Source: Actinomycetes bacterium
GTDB taxonomy: Bacteria; Actinomycetota; Actinomycetes; S36-B12; UBA10799
Reading direction: 5' to 3'
DNA: 40,960 nt
Assembly: GCA_037133175.1 (NCBI GenBank)
Contig: JBAXOQ010000002.1
Location: 1 to 40,960, forward strand
Below the pieces are notes generated by a model. It worked only from the letters and a program-made list of their open reading frames with translations, had not been told where the DNA came from and made no database searches. Within the stretch, counting starts at the first letter, position 1; each line of letters begins with the position of its first letter. This document shows positions 10,779 through 20,381 of this stretch, in pieces. The translations under genes and the position numbers were made by a program.

Positions 10779-11429
10779 CTAAAGGGAAAGGTCGGCTCCG
10801 GCGAAGGCATCGACTGCCTGTGGTGTTCCGTCGATCCGGACGAGGGCTTGGTCCTTGCGCCCGAAGGCGTACAGCAGAATCTCTTGGGCAGGGCCGACGA
10901 GGGTGACTCGCTTGGAGCCCGGGTGGACGGATATCTGCCCGCCGCGGCCATCGGATCGTTTGAGCAGAACACCTACCGGCGCCCGGCGGAATAGCAGCGC
11001 ACCGCGGCTGTTGAGCATCGTCCACAGGGTCTCGCTGAACAGTGGGTCCAGTGTCCTCGGGCTACCGTCCCAATCACGCGCGCCGCGCCTGACATCCTCA
11101 AGGTGGACGAAGTACTCGGCTGTGTTCGCCGCTCGGTCCACCCCGGGCAGGCTGAACGCCGACAGCAACGGCGGGCCGTTGCGGACCTGTTTGATCAACT
11201 GCGGCCAGGGGCGCCGCGCCACTCCGTCTTGAACGCGTTTGCCCCAGCCGGCGAGCGGTTTGATCACGATGCCGACGGCGGCATCCGGCCGCGACTCCCG
11301 GACGATGAGGTGGGCAGCTAGGTCCCTCGTCGTCCACTCGCCGCACAAGGTCGGTGCGTCAGGACCAACCTCGACAAACTCATCTGCAATTGCCTTGCGC
11401 TCGTGCTGTGCCCAGTTCGTGGTGCTCAT
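10779..11429 (-). CDS. TIGR03085 / DinB-like (mycothiol-dependent maleylpyruvate isomerase N-terminal domain family) protein
   Basis: 216-aa ORF. The N-terminal pattern ERKAIADEFVEVGPDAPTLCGEWTTRDLAAHLIVRE is typical of this actinobacterial family as I recall it. Same strand as, and 85 nt upstream of, the pentapeptide lipoprotein gene. Confidence 0.7.
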   Translation of the reverse strand: MSTTNWAQHERKAIADEFVEVGPDAPTLCGEWTTRDLAAHLIVRESRPDAAVGIVIKPLAGWGKRVQDGVARRPWPQLIKQVRNGPPLLSAFSLPGVDRAANTAEYFVHLEDVRRGARDWDGSPRTLDPLFSETLWTMLNSRGALLFRRAPVGVLLKRSDGRGGQISVHPGSKRVTLVGPAQEILLYAFGRKDQALVRIDGTPQAVDAFAGADLSL

Positions 11430-11541
11430 GATTGCCTTTCGCTCGTACTGACCGAGGAATCCGTGCTAGCCAATGACCGGGATTCGACCCAAAGTCCAAT
11501 GTACGCACCGTGACTGAACGCTCACCCGGCAGAATGGCACT

Positions 11542-11922
11542 ATGACCGCCGATCAGTCAGTGAGCCTGCAGTCGCAGGTCGTGTTCAACAGCGATGGGTT
11601 GGTGCCGGTGATCGCCCAACAGTACGACACCGGTGAGGTGTTGATGTTGGCTTGGATGAACTCCGAAGCACTGCGCCGCACGATCGATACCGGCCGCGCA
11701 ACCTACTGGTCCCGCAGCAGAGGCGAATACTGGCGCAAAGGTGACACCTCCGGCCACACTCAGAGCGTCCGGGCCGTGCGGTTGGACTGCGACGGCGATG
11801 CCTTGCTGCTCGAAGTCGACCAGGTTGGCCCGGCTTGCCACAACGGGCTGCGGTCGTGCTTCGACACGCTGGTTGTGCAGCTGACGCCATCCCCATCGCA
11901 GCAGGCTGGCGGGCACAAATGA
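11542..11922 (+). CDS. hisI: Phosphoribosyl-AMP cyclohydrolase (monofunctional)
   Basis: 126-aa ORF with [17 protein letters not shown] and DCDGDALLL motifs. Confidence 0.93.
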   Translation: MTADQSVSLQSQVVFNSDGLVPVIAQQYDTGEVLMLAWMNSEALRRTIDTGRATYWSRSRGEYWRKGDTSGHTQSVRAVRLDCDGDALLLEVDQVGPACHNGLRSCFDTLVVQLTPSPSQQAGGHK

Positions 11923-13565
11923 ACAGCGCCGAGGCGGTCTACCAGCGCCGCGCCCATCTCGTCGACGGCAGGACAGTGCCCACCCAGGATGAGTTCGCGG
12001 CGTTGGCGGCGCAGCGGCGGGTGGTGCCGGTGTTGCGCCGGCTACTGGCCGACGGCGAGACACCGATCGGGCTGTACCGCAAATTGGCCCGCAATAGACC
12101 GGGCACCTACCTGCTGGAATCCGCCGAACACGGCCGCGTCTGGTCGCGCTACTCGTTCGTCGGGGTTCGCTGCTCGGCCATGCTCACGCAGGTCGATGGT
12201 TCGGCCCGCTGGGTCGGCACCGCGCCGATTCCCTCGACCGAAGGTCCTGACGGCGATTCGCGAAGCGCTCTCGACGTGCTGCGCGACACCGTTGCGGCGC
12301 TGCGCTCTCCTCGGATACCAGGGCTGCCGCCGCTGACCAGCGGATTGGTCGGCATGATCGGCTACGACGCGGTCCGCCAATGGGAGCGCTTACCCGAGTT
12401 GACCCACGACGACCTGCAGTTGCCCGACCTGGCCATGTTGCTGGCCTCGGACTTGGCGGTGCTCGACCATCACGATGGCTCGGTGATGTTGATCGCCAAC
12501 GCGCTGATCGACGCTGACGACGAAGACCCGGACTCTTTGCGTCGGGTGTACGCCGATGCGGTGGCCAGGCTGGACGCGATGTCCGCCAGGCTCAGCGAGC
12601 CCGTTCCGGCGACAGCTTCGAGCTATGACATTGATGCCGTTCCGGACTTCGTGGCCCGAACCGACCCTCAGGTCTATCGGGAGAAAGTCGAGGTCGTCAG
12701 GGATCACATCTACTCCGGAGATGCGTTTCAGGTTGTGCTGTCGCAGCGCTTCGAGGCCACTACCCAGGCCGATGCGTTGGATATCTACCGAATCTTGCGG
12801 ATCAACAACCCGAGTCCCTACATGTACCTGTTTCGCTTTCCGTCCGCAGATGGCGTTGCTGATGCTGACCCGACTTTGCCGGGCCTGGGAACTGAGGTCG
12901 CGTTCGAGGTCATCGGGTCGAGTCCTGAGGCACTTGTCAAGCTTGAGGACGGTCGGGCGATGGTGCACCCGCTGGCTGGTACTCGGCACAGAGGTGCCAC
13001 CCCGGAACGAGACAATGAGCTGGCAGAGGAACTGCTGGCCGATGAGAAGGAGCGCGCCGAGCACCTGATGCTGGTCGATCTTGGCCGCAACGACTTGGGC
13101 CGCGTGTGCGTGCCGGGGTCGGTGGAGGTCATCGAGTTCATGGCGGTGGAGCGGTACTCCCACGTCATGCACATTGTCTCGACAGTCGTCGGCCAGATTC
13201 GGGACGACCGGGTCGCCTACGACCTGCTGGCAGCTACCTTTCCTGCTGGGACACTGTCGGGTGCCCCGAAGCCTCGCGCGATGGAGATCATCGAAACGCT
13301 GGAGACTACGCGCCGTGGGCTGTATGGCGGGGCGGTCGGCTACCTGGACTTCGCCGGAGACATGGATACCGCCATCGCTATCCGGACCGCGGTGCTGCGC
13401 GACGGCGTAGCATATATCCAGGCGGGCGCTGGTCTGGTTGCTGATTCCGATCCCGCCGCAGAAGAAGCGGAGTGCCGTAACAAGGCGGCTGCTGTGTTGC
13501 GAGCCGTTGCGATCGCAGGCACGTTGGCCCGAGCCGGGGAACCTCGCCAGGAGGCGACTAGATGA
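11919..13565 (+). CDS. trpE: Anthranilate synthase component I
   Basis: ATG at 11919 overlaps the hisI stop (ATGA). [13 protein letters not shown] and [24 protein letters not shown] motifs. The ORF-track start at 11835 lies inside hisI and was rejected. Confidence 0.93.
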   Translation: MNSAEAVYQRRAHLVDGRTVPTQDEFAALAAQRRVVPVLRRLLADGETPIGLYRKLARNRPGTYLLESAEHGRVWSRYSFVGVRCSAMLTQVDGSARWVGTAPIPSTEGPDGDSRSALDVLRDTVAALRSPRIPGLPPLTSGLVGMIGYDAVRQWERLPELTHDDLQLPDLAMLLASDLAVLDHHDGSVMLIANALIDADDEDPDSLRRVYADAVARLDAMSARLSEPVPATASSYDIDAVPDFVARTDPQVYREKVEVVRDHIYSGDAFQVVLSQRFEATTQADALDIYRILRINNPSPYMYLFRFPSADGVADADPTLPGLGTEVAFEVIGSSPEALVKLEDGRAMVHPLAGTRHRGATPERDNELAEELLADEKERAEHLMLVDLGRNDLGRVCVPGSVEVIEFMAVERYSHVMHIVSTVVGQIRDDRVAYDLLAATFPAGTLSGAPKPRAMEIIETLETTRRGLYGGAVGYLDFAGDMDTAIAIRTAVLRDGVAYIQAGAGLVADSDPAAEEAECRNKAAAVLRAVAIAGTLARAGEPRQEATR

Positions 13566-14260
13566 GCGATGACGCCCGCGGGCTAATCGTCGTGGTAGAA
13601 GACGAGCAGCCGATCGCTGATCTGTTGAAGCTGTACCTGTCCAGGGAGGGTTTCGGGGTTCACATCGAGGGCTCTGGGCCTGCCGGACTGGCCGCCATCG
13701 AAGCCAACGCCCCCGTTGCGGTCGTCCTCGACGTCGGCCTTCCGGGGATGGACGGCACCGAAGTTTGTCGACGACTGCGAGCCAAGGACAACTGGACTCC
13801 AGTGCTGTTCTGTACCGCCCGCGACGACGAGATCGATCGGGTTCTCGGGTTGGAGATGGGCGCGGACGACTACATCACCAAGCCGTTCAGCCCACGCGAG
13901 GTGGTCGCCCGAGTCAAAGCGGTGCTGCGCCGCTCAGCCGGTCCGCAGCGGGCCGCCGAGCAACTGGCGCTGGGCAACGTGGTTGTCGATCAGGAGGCTC
14001 GGCGGGTGCTGGTCGATGGCGCCGAGGTGGCGCTGACCCCGACCGAGTTCGACTTGCTCGTCCACCTGATGACCAAGGCCGGTCGGGTGTTTAGTCGAGA
14101 GCAACTCCTCAGCGAGGTGTGGGGCTACTCCAGCGTCGTTGGATCCCGCACCGTGGATGTGCACGTGGCCCAACTGCGAGGCAAGCTCGGCGAACCAGGG
14201 ATCATCCGTACCGTCCGTGGCGTCGGCTACTCTGCTGACGCTCGGGCGATCCAGGACTAG
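13562..14260 (+). CDS. OmpR/PhoB-family response regulator
   Basis: 232-aa ORF. Receiver domain (VVVEDEQ, VVLDVGLPGMDG, TARDDE, DDYITKPF) plus a winged-helix output domain (LTPTEFDLL ... RTVDVHV ... TVRGVGY). The start overlaps the trpE stop (ATGA). Confidence 0.93.
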   Translation: MSDDARGLIVVVEDEQPIADLLKLYLSREGFGVHIEGSGPAGLAAIEANAPVAVVLDVGLPGMDGTEVCRRLRAKDNWTPVLFCTARDDEIDRVLGLEMGADDYITKPFSPREVVARVKAVLRRSAGPQRAAEQLALGNVVVDQEARRVLVDGAEVALTPTEFDLLVHLMTKAGRVFSREQLLSEVWGYSSVVGSRTVDVHVAQLRGKLGEPGIIRTVRGVGYSADARAIQD

Positions 14261-14262
14261 GC

Positions 14263-15720
14263 GTGCCGTCCGATTCCCCTGGTCCCCGAGCGGCCCCGGC
14301 CCCGGCCAAGGTGCAAGGGGCGGTCCGGGGAACCTCGCTAGCACTGCGGATCGCATTGGTGGCTGTCCTCTCGGCCGTTATCGCGGTGCTGGTCGCCGGC
14401 TTCGTGTCGTACCCCTTGGCCCGTGATGCTGCCATTCGGCAGACCGAGAGCAACCTTGAGAAGCTCACCGATGCCACCGCCGCCGCGCTGGAGCGAGCGC
14501 CCACCACGCCGGACGTCGACGGCCAGCTCATCCCTGATCGGCTGTTGGCGATCCTGGAGGCCGAGAACATCACCGCGTATTACGTGCTGCAAGGGGCACA
14601 ACTGCCCGAGGGCCTGACCCAGACGGACTTGGACGCGCTGCTAGCAGGGCAGAACGTCCACGGCGAAAGGGTGACCCACGACGGGCAGATCTTCGTGTCG
14701 GCGCGCCAGCTCGGCTCCGGCGCCGCTGTTGTGCTGACCCAGTCCGACAACGCCGTCAACAACTTGGCGATCTCGGCCCTGTACCGGTTCGGCATCGCCT
14801 TGGCCATCGGCGCCGCCATTGCCGCCGTCTTCGGACTGCTGCTCGCCCGACGGCTGACTCGCCCGCTGCGGCAGGCCTCTCACGCGGCCCGTCGGCTGTC
14901 CACCGGAGACCGCGACGTTGTACTCAAAGTCGAGGGACCACCGGAGATAGCCGAATTGACCGTTGCACTCAATGACCTGCAGCAGGCGTTGGCAGTCAGC
15001 GAGGGCAGACAGCGAGACTTCCTGTTGTCTGTCTCCCACGAGCTTCGGACCCCCCTGACAGCCATCAGAGGTTACGCGGAGGCCATCGCCGACGGTGTGG
15101 TGCCGCCGTCACAGATGGCCTCCACCGGTGTCATCATGTCTTCGGAGTCCGATCGCCTCGACAGGCTGGTGTCCGACCTGCTCGAACTAGCCCGACTCGA
15201 TGCGTCCGATTTCCCGATCAACCCAGTGCCGCTGAACTTCCAGGAGATCGGAAATCAAGCCGTCGCGGTGTGGTCCGACCGGTGCTCCTCGGAGGGTCTG
15301 ACGCTGCTGGCCGAACTGCCCGTTGAGCCGCTGTACGGGCGCAGCGATCCCGTTCGGATCCGGCAAATCATCGACAACCTCTGCGCCAACGCCCTGCGCG
15401 TCACACCGGAGGGGCAAGTGATCGTAATCGCTGTGCGTCCGGCAGACCGACGAGCATGGGGCCAACCGGCGTCCGCCCATTTCGTCGAGCTTGAGGTGCG
15501 CGACGGCGGTCCTGGTCTGACCGCAGACGATTGTCAGGTGGCGTTCGAACCGGCCGAGTTGTACAGCCGGTATCGGGGCTTTCGCAAGGTGGGGACCGGG
15601 GTTGGACTGGCGCTGGTGGCCCGCCTCGCCCGTCGCCTCGGAGGCGGTGCCGAGGCAGGGGCGGCTCCCGAAGGCGGAGCCCGCTTCACTATTCGCGTGG
15701 CGCGCTGGATCGACTACTGA
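14263..15720 (+). CDS. Sensor histidine kinase (two TM helices, HAMP, HisKA, HATPase_c)
   Basis: 485-aa ORF. It has TM1 (IALVAVLSAVIAVLVAGFV), an extracytoplasmic loop of about 130 aa and TM2 (GIALAIGAAIAAVFGLLLA). These are followed by HAMP, the H-box SHELRTPLTAIRGY, and G-boxes (DGGPGL, GTGVGLALV). GTG start 2 nt after the regulator stop. Confidence 0.9.
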   Translation: MPSDSPGPRAAPAPAKVQGAVRGTSLALRIALVAVLSAVIAVLVAGFVSYPLARDAAIRQTESNLEKLTDATAAALERAPTTPDVDGQLIPDRLLAILEAENITAYYVLQGAQLPEGLTQTDLDALLAGQNVHGERVTHDGQIFVSARQLGSGAAVVLTQSDNAVNNLAISALYRFGIALAIGAAIAAVFGLLLARRLTRPLRQASHAARRLSTGDRDVVLKVEGPPEIAELTVALNDLQQALAVSEGRQRDFLLSVSHELRTPLTAIRGYAEAIADGVVPPSQMASTGVIMSSESDRLDRLVSDLLELARLDASDFPINPVPLNFQEIGNQAVAVWSDRCSSEGLTLLAELPVEPLYGRSDPVRIRQIIDNLCANALRVTPEGQVIVIAVRPADRRAWGQPASAHFVELEVRDGGPGLTADDCQVAFEPAELYSRYRGFRKVGTGVGLALVARLARRLGGGAEAGAAPEGGARFTIRVARWIDY

Positions 15721-15777
15721 TCGGCGATTACGGGGAGAAACTTCGCAGTTGCACGTTCTGCGCGTACCCTGCTGCCT

Positions 15778-16107
15778 GTGGCGCAGATGGAGGGACCGCA
15801 TGACGTGGGTGGGCCAGATCCCAGCCCCCAGCGTCGGCCGGGGGCTGCAATTCGGCCGCCCAGCTCGTGGATCGCCCCCGCCGTGTTGGCTACGTTGTGT
15901 CTGTTCCCCCTCACAGGCGTTGTTGCGGTGTACCAGGCGGCCCAGGTTCGGGCGCTGTGGAACGGCGGTGATCGCAGGGGAGCATTGACCGCGTCCAGGC
16001 GCGCCCGCACCTGGACTCTGATCAGTGTTTTGCTTTGGGTGATCGCTACGTCTATCTTGGTAGCTACCGGACGCATGGGTCGGCTGTTGGAGGCGGGTGT
16101 GCTGTGA
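15778..16107 (+). CDS. CD225/dispanin (interferon-induced transmembrane protein-like) family membrane protein
   Basis: 109-aa ORF. A Pro-rich N-terminus precedes the family core SWIAPAVLATLCLFPLTGVVAVYQAAQVRALWNGGDRRGALTASRRARTWTLISVLLWVI (two hydrophobic helices around a basic loop). An alternative ATG lies at 15787. Confidence 0.75.
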   Translation: MAQMEGPHDVGGPDPSPQRRPGAAIRPPSSWIAPAVLATLCLFPLTGVVAVYQAAQVRALWNGGDRRGALTASRRARTWTLISVLLWVIATSILVATGRMGRLLEAGVL

Positions 16108-16577
16108 GCATAACGACAGATCAGCAGGTTCAGACCGGGCTGGCCGATCCTCCTCCCACTCGGTTCCGACGGATGTTATGGCCGGTGGTCGGGGTGGCTT
16201 CGCTTGCGGGGGCGACGGCCTACCTGGCCGCCGTCGACCCCAATTCGCCCGGGCACTACCCGATTTGCCCGCTCAAGGCCCTGACCGGTCTGGACTGTCC
16301 TGCCTGTGGCGGCTTGCGGTGTGTCCATGATCTGACCCACGGCGACATCGTCGGGGCGCTCGACCAGAACCTGCTCGCGGTGATCCTGCTACCGATTGTC
16401 GCCGTGCTGCTGGCGGTCTTCGTGTTTCGCCGCTGGACGGGGAAGACGCAGGAGGTGACCGATGCGGCGTTGCGTCGCTCACAGTACATCGTGTTCGGTC
16501 TGATCGCCGTTGGCATCGTGTTCTCGGTAGTGCGCAATCTGCCGTTCGTTCCGTTCCTCGGTTCGGGCATCGGCTAG
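16104..16577 (+). CDS. DUF2752 family membrane protein
   Basis: GTG at 16104 overlaps the CD225 stop (GTGA). The four-Cys motif CPLKALTGLDCPACGGLRC followed by TM helices is characteristic of DUF2752 as I recall it. The ORF-track start at 16035 lies inside the upstream gene. Confidence 0.7.
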   Translation: MSITTDQQVQTGLADPPPTRFRRMLWPVVGVASLAGATAYLAAVDPNSPGHYPICPLKALTGLDCPACGGLRCVHDLTHGDIVGALDQNLLAVILLPIVAVLLAVFVFRRWTGKTQEVTDAALRRSQYIVFGLIAVGIVFSVVRNLPFVPFLGSGIG

Positions 16578-16642
16578 CGGTGCGCCGCCCGGTTGGATAG
16601 CCGCGGCCACGACCGCATTTGGCGGGTCGTTAGTCTGGTCCC

Positions 16643-17452
16643 GTGACAGTCCTCGACGACATAGTGGCGGGAGTACGTGAGGATCTTGCGCTCCGCCAGG
16701 CGGCCGTCTCGTTGGATGAACTCAAGAACCTCGCCAGCGGAGCTCCGACCCCACGTGATGCGGTGGCCGCACTTCGTTCTGACGGCGTCGCCGTGATAGC
16801 CGAGATCAAGCGAGCCAGTCCCAGCAAGGGTCAACTGGCACCCATCCCAGACGCCGGCGGCCTGGCACGGGCGTACGAGGACGGCGGAGCTTCGGTCATC
16901 TCAGTGCTCACCGAATCGAGGCGATTCTGCGGCAGTCTGTCGGACCTGGCAGCCGTGCGGGCAGCGGTCGACGTGCCGGTGCTGCGCAAGGACTTCATCG
17001 TCACCTCCTATCAGCTGTGGGAGGCGCGGGCCTACGGGGCGGACCTGGTGCTGCTGATCTGCGCGGCGCTGGCCGATCCGGCGCTGGTGTCGTTGGTCGA
17101 GCGTGCCGACTCGCTGGGTCTGACCGCGCTGGTAGAGGTCCACGACGAGTTTGAACTCGGTCGCGCACTGGCGGCCGGCGCCCGAGTCGTTGGGGTGAAC
17201 ACCCGGGATCTGAAGACGCTGCATGTCGATCGGGAGACTTTCACGAGGGTGGCCAGCAACGTGCCAGCCGATGTTGTGCTGGTCGCGGAGTCCGGTGTTC
17301 GTGGCCCGCGTGATTTGGTCGCGTATGCGTCCTCGGGTGCGGACGCGGTGCTGGTGGGCGAATGTGTGGCCACGGCGTCCGATCCTCGGGCGGCCGTGCA
17401 CGAGTTGGTCGCGGCCGGTTCCCATCCATCGGTGAAACATCCGCGTGGTTGA
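16643..17452 (+). CDS. trpC: Indole-3-glycerol-phosphate synthase
   Basis: 269-aa ORF with [17 protein letters not shown] and LRKDF motifs. Confidence 0.93.
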   Translation: MTVLDDIVAGVREDLALRQAAVSLDELKNLASGAPTPRDAVAALRSDGVAVIAEIKRASPSKGQLAPIPDAGGLARAYEDGGASVISVLTESRRFCGSLSDLAAVRAAVDVPVLRKDFIVTSYQLWEARAYGADLVLLICAALADPALVSLVERADSLGLTALVEVHDEFELGRALAAGARVVGVNTRDLKTLHVDRETFTRVASNVPADVVLVAESGVRGPRDLVAYASSGADAVLVGECVATASDPRAAVHELVAAGSHPSVKHPRG

Positions 17453-18689
17453 TCCTTTGAAGCAATCGACGAGTGGGCCGGACGAGGCGGGCCGTTTCGG
17501 CCGGTACGGCGGTCGTTTTGTTCCAGAGGCCCTTGTCGGCGCGCTGGACGAACTGGACGCAGCGTTCCGGGCGGCTGTCGACTCGTCGCAGTTTGAGGCC
17601 GACTACATGTGGTTGCAGCGCACGTACACCGGTCGGCCGAGCCCGCTTACCCACGCCGCGCGTCTTTCAGCCCATGCCGGTGGGGCCAGAATCCTGCTCA
17701 AGCGGGAAGATCTCAACCACACCGGATCCCACAAGATCAACAATGTGCTGGGTCAGGCACTGCTTGCCGTGCAGATGGGCAAGACCAGACTTATCGCCGA
17801 GACCGGAGCCGGCCAGCACGGTGTCGCCACCGCCACCGCGGCGGCTCTTATGGGTCTGGAGTGCGTCGTGTACATGGGCGAGGCAGATACCGCTCGCCAA
17901 GCACTGAACGTCGCGCGGATGCAACTGCTAGGCGCCACCGTCGTGCCGGTGACCGCCGGCAGCCGAACTCTCAAGGACGCAATCAACGAGGCGATGCGCG
18001 ACTGGGTGTCCAACGTCGAGCGCACGCACTACCTGCTGGGCACGGTCGCCGGTCCGGCGCCGTTCCCGGAGATCGTGCGGTACTTCCAGCGGATCATCGG
18101 GGCTGAAGCCAGATCACAGATCCTGCAGATGGACGGAGCATTGCCGGACGCGGTGGTCGCCTGCGTCGGCGGCGGAAGCAACGCCATCGGCATCTTCAGT
18201 GCGTTCATGGACGATCCGGCGGTCACGCTGTACGGATTCGAGGCTGGCGGCGAGGGTATCGAGTCGGGCCGACATGCTGCCAGACTCAGCGAGGACGCCG
18301 CCGGGGCGACCGCCGGCTCGCCGGGAGTCTTGCACGGGGCGCGCTCCTACCTCATGCAGGACGCAGACGGCCAGACGATCGAGTCGCATTCGATCAGTGC
18401 GGGCCTGGACTACCCCTCGGTCGGTCCAGAGCACGCCTGGTTGCGAGACACCGGACGCGCGCACTACGAGTCGGTCACCGATTCCCAGGCAATGGAGGCG
18501 TTCTCGCTGCTGTGCCGCACTGAGGGGATCATCCCGGCCATCGAGTCGGCCCACGCTGTTGCGGGTGCACTGCGACTCGGTCAGCGCCTCGGTCCCTCCG
18601 CCACGATCCTGGTGAACCTGTCCGGGCGCGGAGACAAAGACGTTGCCACCGCCGCGAAGTGGTTCAACTTGGGTTCGGTGAATGAATGA
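17445..18689 (+). CDS. trpB: Tryptophan synthase beta chain
   Basis: 414-aa ORF with [11 protein letters not shown], the PLP-lysine motif HTGSHKINN, and GGGSNAIG. It overlaps the trpC stop by 8 nt. Confidence 0.96.
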   Translation: MVDPLKQSTSGPDEAGRFGRYGGRFVPEALVGALDELDAAFRAAVDSSQFEADYMWLQRTYTGRPSPLTHAARLSAHAGGARILLKREDLNHTGSHKINNVLGQALLAVQMGKTRLIAETGAGQHGVATATAAALMGLECVVYMGEADTARQALNVARMQLLGATVVPVTAGSRTLKDAINEAMRDWVSNVERTHYLLGTVAGPAPFPEIVRYFQRIIGAEARSQILQMDGALPDAVVACVGGGSNAIGIFSAFMDDPAVTLYGFEAGGEGIESGRHAARLSEDAAGATAGSPGVLHGARSYLMQDADGQTIESHSISAGLDYPSVGPEHAWLRDTGRAHYESVTDSQAMEAFSLLCRTEGIIPAIESAHAVAGALRLGQRLGPSATILVNLSGRGDKDVATAAKWFNLGSVNE

Positions 18690-19489
18690 CTCGCCTCAAC
18701 GAAGTCTTCGCCGAGGCCCGTGCTGATGGCCGAGCAGCGCTGATCGGCTACTTGCCGGCCGGGTTCCCTACCCGGGCGGATGCGCTGCCGGTGATCGAGG
18801 CGATGGTCGAGAACGGCGTCGACATCGTCGAGGTCGGTTTGCCCTACAGCGATCCGCTGATGGACGGTCCGGTCATCGCGGCCGCCGTTACCGCCGCGCT
18901 CGCTGCCGGCATTCGGACCCGGGACGTGCTCAAACTCGTCGAGGGTGTCGCCGCTACCGGGGCGCCTGCCTTGGTGATGTCGTACTGGAATCCGATTGAG
19001 CGATTCGGTCTCGACTCCTTCGGCGCCGCGCTGGCTGCAGCGGGCGGATCCGGGGTCATTACTCCCGACCTCACACCTGAGGAGGCCGAGCCTTGGATCG
19101 CAGCGACGGACGAGCACGGGATCGATCGCATCTTCCTGGTTGCGCCATCCTCCTCGCAGGCTCGGTTGGCGAAGGTCACCTCGGTGACAACCGGATTCGT
19201 CTACGCGGCCTCGACCATGGGAGTCACCGGCACCCGTACCTCAGTCTCCGGTGATGCGCGGCAGTTGGTGGAACGGGTGCGGCAGCACACGAACCTACCG
19301 GTCTGCGTGGGATTGGGCGTTTCGACTGCGGCTCAGGCCGCCGAGATCGCCGCCTACGCGGACGGCGTTATCGTCGGCTCAGCGTTCGTCAGGGCGCTGC
19401 AGGAGGCGTCGTCGCCGGCGGCCGGTGCAGCTGCGGTGGCACACCTCGCCGGGGAACTCGCCGCCGGTGTGCGGGCCGGTCGTCGCTAG
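18686..19489 (+). CDS. trpA: Tryptophan synthase alpha chain
   Basis: 267-aa ORF with [14 protein letters not shown] and GVTG motifs. ATGA overlap with trpB. Confidence 0.95.
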   Translation: MTRLNEVFAEARADGRAALIGYLPAGFPTRADALPVIEAMVENGVDIVEVGLPYSDPLMDGPVIAAAVTAALAAGIRTRDVLKLVEGVAATGAPALVMSYWNPIERFGLDSFGAALAAAGGSGVITPDLTPEEAEPWIAATDEHGIDRIFLVAPSSSQARLAKVTSVTTGFVYAASTMGVTGTRTSVSGDARQLVERVRQHTNLPVCVGLGVSTAAQAAEIAAYADGVIVGSAFVRALQEASSPAAGAAAVAHLAGELAAGVRAGRR

Positions 19490-19562
19490 CGGCGATCGTC
19501 GATGATGTTTACTTGTCCTGCCCTATGAAGTGATTCGCCAGTAACCGATCAGGAGATCCCCG

Positions 19563-20381
19563 ATGAGCACGTCCTCGTCCGGCAGTTCCAACCCCCGCAA
19601 GAAGGCGGCCGCGGCGCGCGCCGAACAGTTGGCCAAGGAGAAGCGCCGGGACCGTATGGTCAAAATCGTCGGTGGCGTGGTTGTCGCGGTTGTGGTGATC
19701 GGAATCGTGGCCCTCGCAGTGCTGTCGAGCAAGAAGAGTTCCACGGATGCTGGCCCGACTGCGACCCCCAACCCGACCTATACGCTGCCCACTGGTGTGG
19801 ATCCCGCAACGTATGGCTACGTCGTCAACAAGGCCGCCCCCGCGACAGCGCCGAAGGTGGACATCTGGGAGGACTACCAGTGTCCGGCTTGCAAGCAGTT
19901 TGAGGAGGCTGGCTCTGGTCCGGCCGTTGTGGCAGCCGGAAAGGCGGGCAAGTACAACGTCCAACTGCGGCCCACGACCTTCCTCGACACCAACATGCGC
20001 AACACCGCGTCCGCCGCTGCCACCTCGGCCTGGGGTTGCGCGATCAATGCTGGCAAGGGGCTGGAATACCACGGAACCGTGTTCGCCAACCAACCGGCGA
20101 CAGAGGGCACCGGCTACACCTCAGCGCAGTTGCTCGACTTCGGTAAGCAGGCCGGAATCACCGGTGCTGCCTTCGATACGTTCACCAGTTGTGTGAATGC
20201 CAATACCTTCCTGGGCTGGGCGGCCAACAGCACGGAGGAATTCGGCAAACAACAGTTCACCAAGACTGCGGGCACGCCGGCAGTCTTCGTCAACGGCAAG
20301 GAACTGGCCAATACCGGCGGGATTTACGCCGATCCGCAGAAGTTGCTGGCAGCAATCGACCAGGCGGCGGCAGCCAAGTAG
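19563..20381 (+). CDS. Membrane-anchored DsbA-like thioredoxin-fold thiol:disulfide oxidoreductase
   Basis: 272-aa ORF. Basic N-terminus and a single TM helix (IVGGVVVAVVVIGIVALAVL). CPAC active site in WEDYQCPACKQFEE. AGGAGA Shine-Dalgarno sequence upstream of the ATG. The position between trpA and lgt matches other actinobacteria. Confidence 0.8.
   Translation: MSTSSSGSSNPRKKAAAARAEQLAKEKRRDRMVKIVGGVVVAVVVIGIVALAVLSSKKSSTDAGPTATPNPTYTLPTGVDPATYGYVVNKAAPATAPKVDIWEDYQCPACKQFEEAGSGPAVVAAGKAGKYNVQLRPTTFLDTNMRNTASAAATSAWGCAINAGKGLEYHGTVFANQPATEGTGYTSAQLLDFGKQAGITGAAFDTFTSCVNANTFLGWAANSTEEFGKQQFTKTAGTPAVFVNGKELANTGGIYADPQKLLAAIDQAAAAK

Noticed and set aside
10694-10972. Longer N-terminal extension (start at 10972) of the pentapeptide-repeat ORF.
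   Set aside because: The extension overlaps the 3' end of the upstream TIGR03085-like gene and is Pro/Ser-rich with no features. The internal ATG at 10693 has a GGGAGGG ribosome-binding site and starts exactly at a signal peptide and lipobox.
16574-16834. 86-aa minus-strand ORF overlapping the trpC 5' end.
   Set aside because: It is antisense to a clearly conserved trpC N-terminus, has no recognisable motifs, and its composition is typical of high-GC antisense frames.
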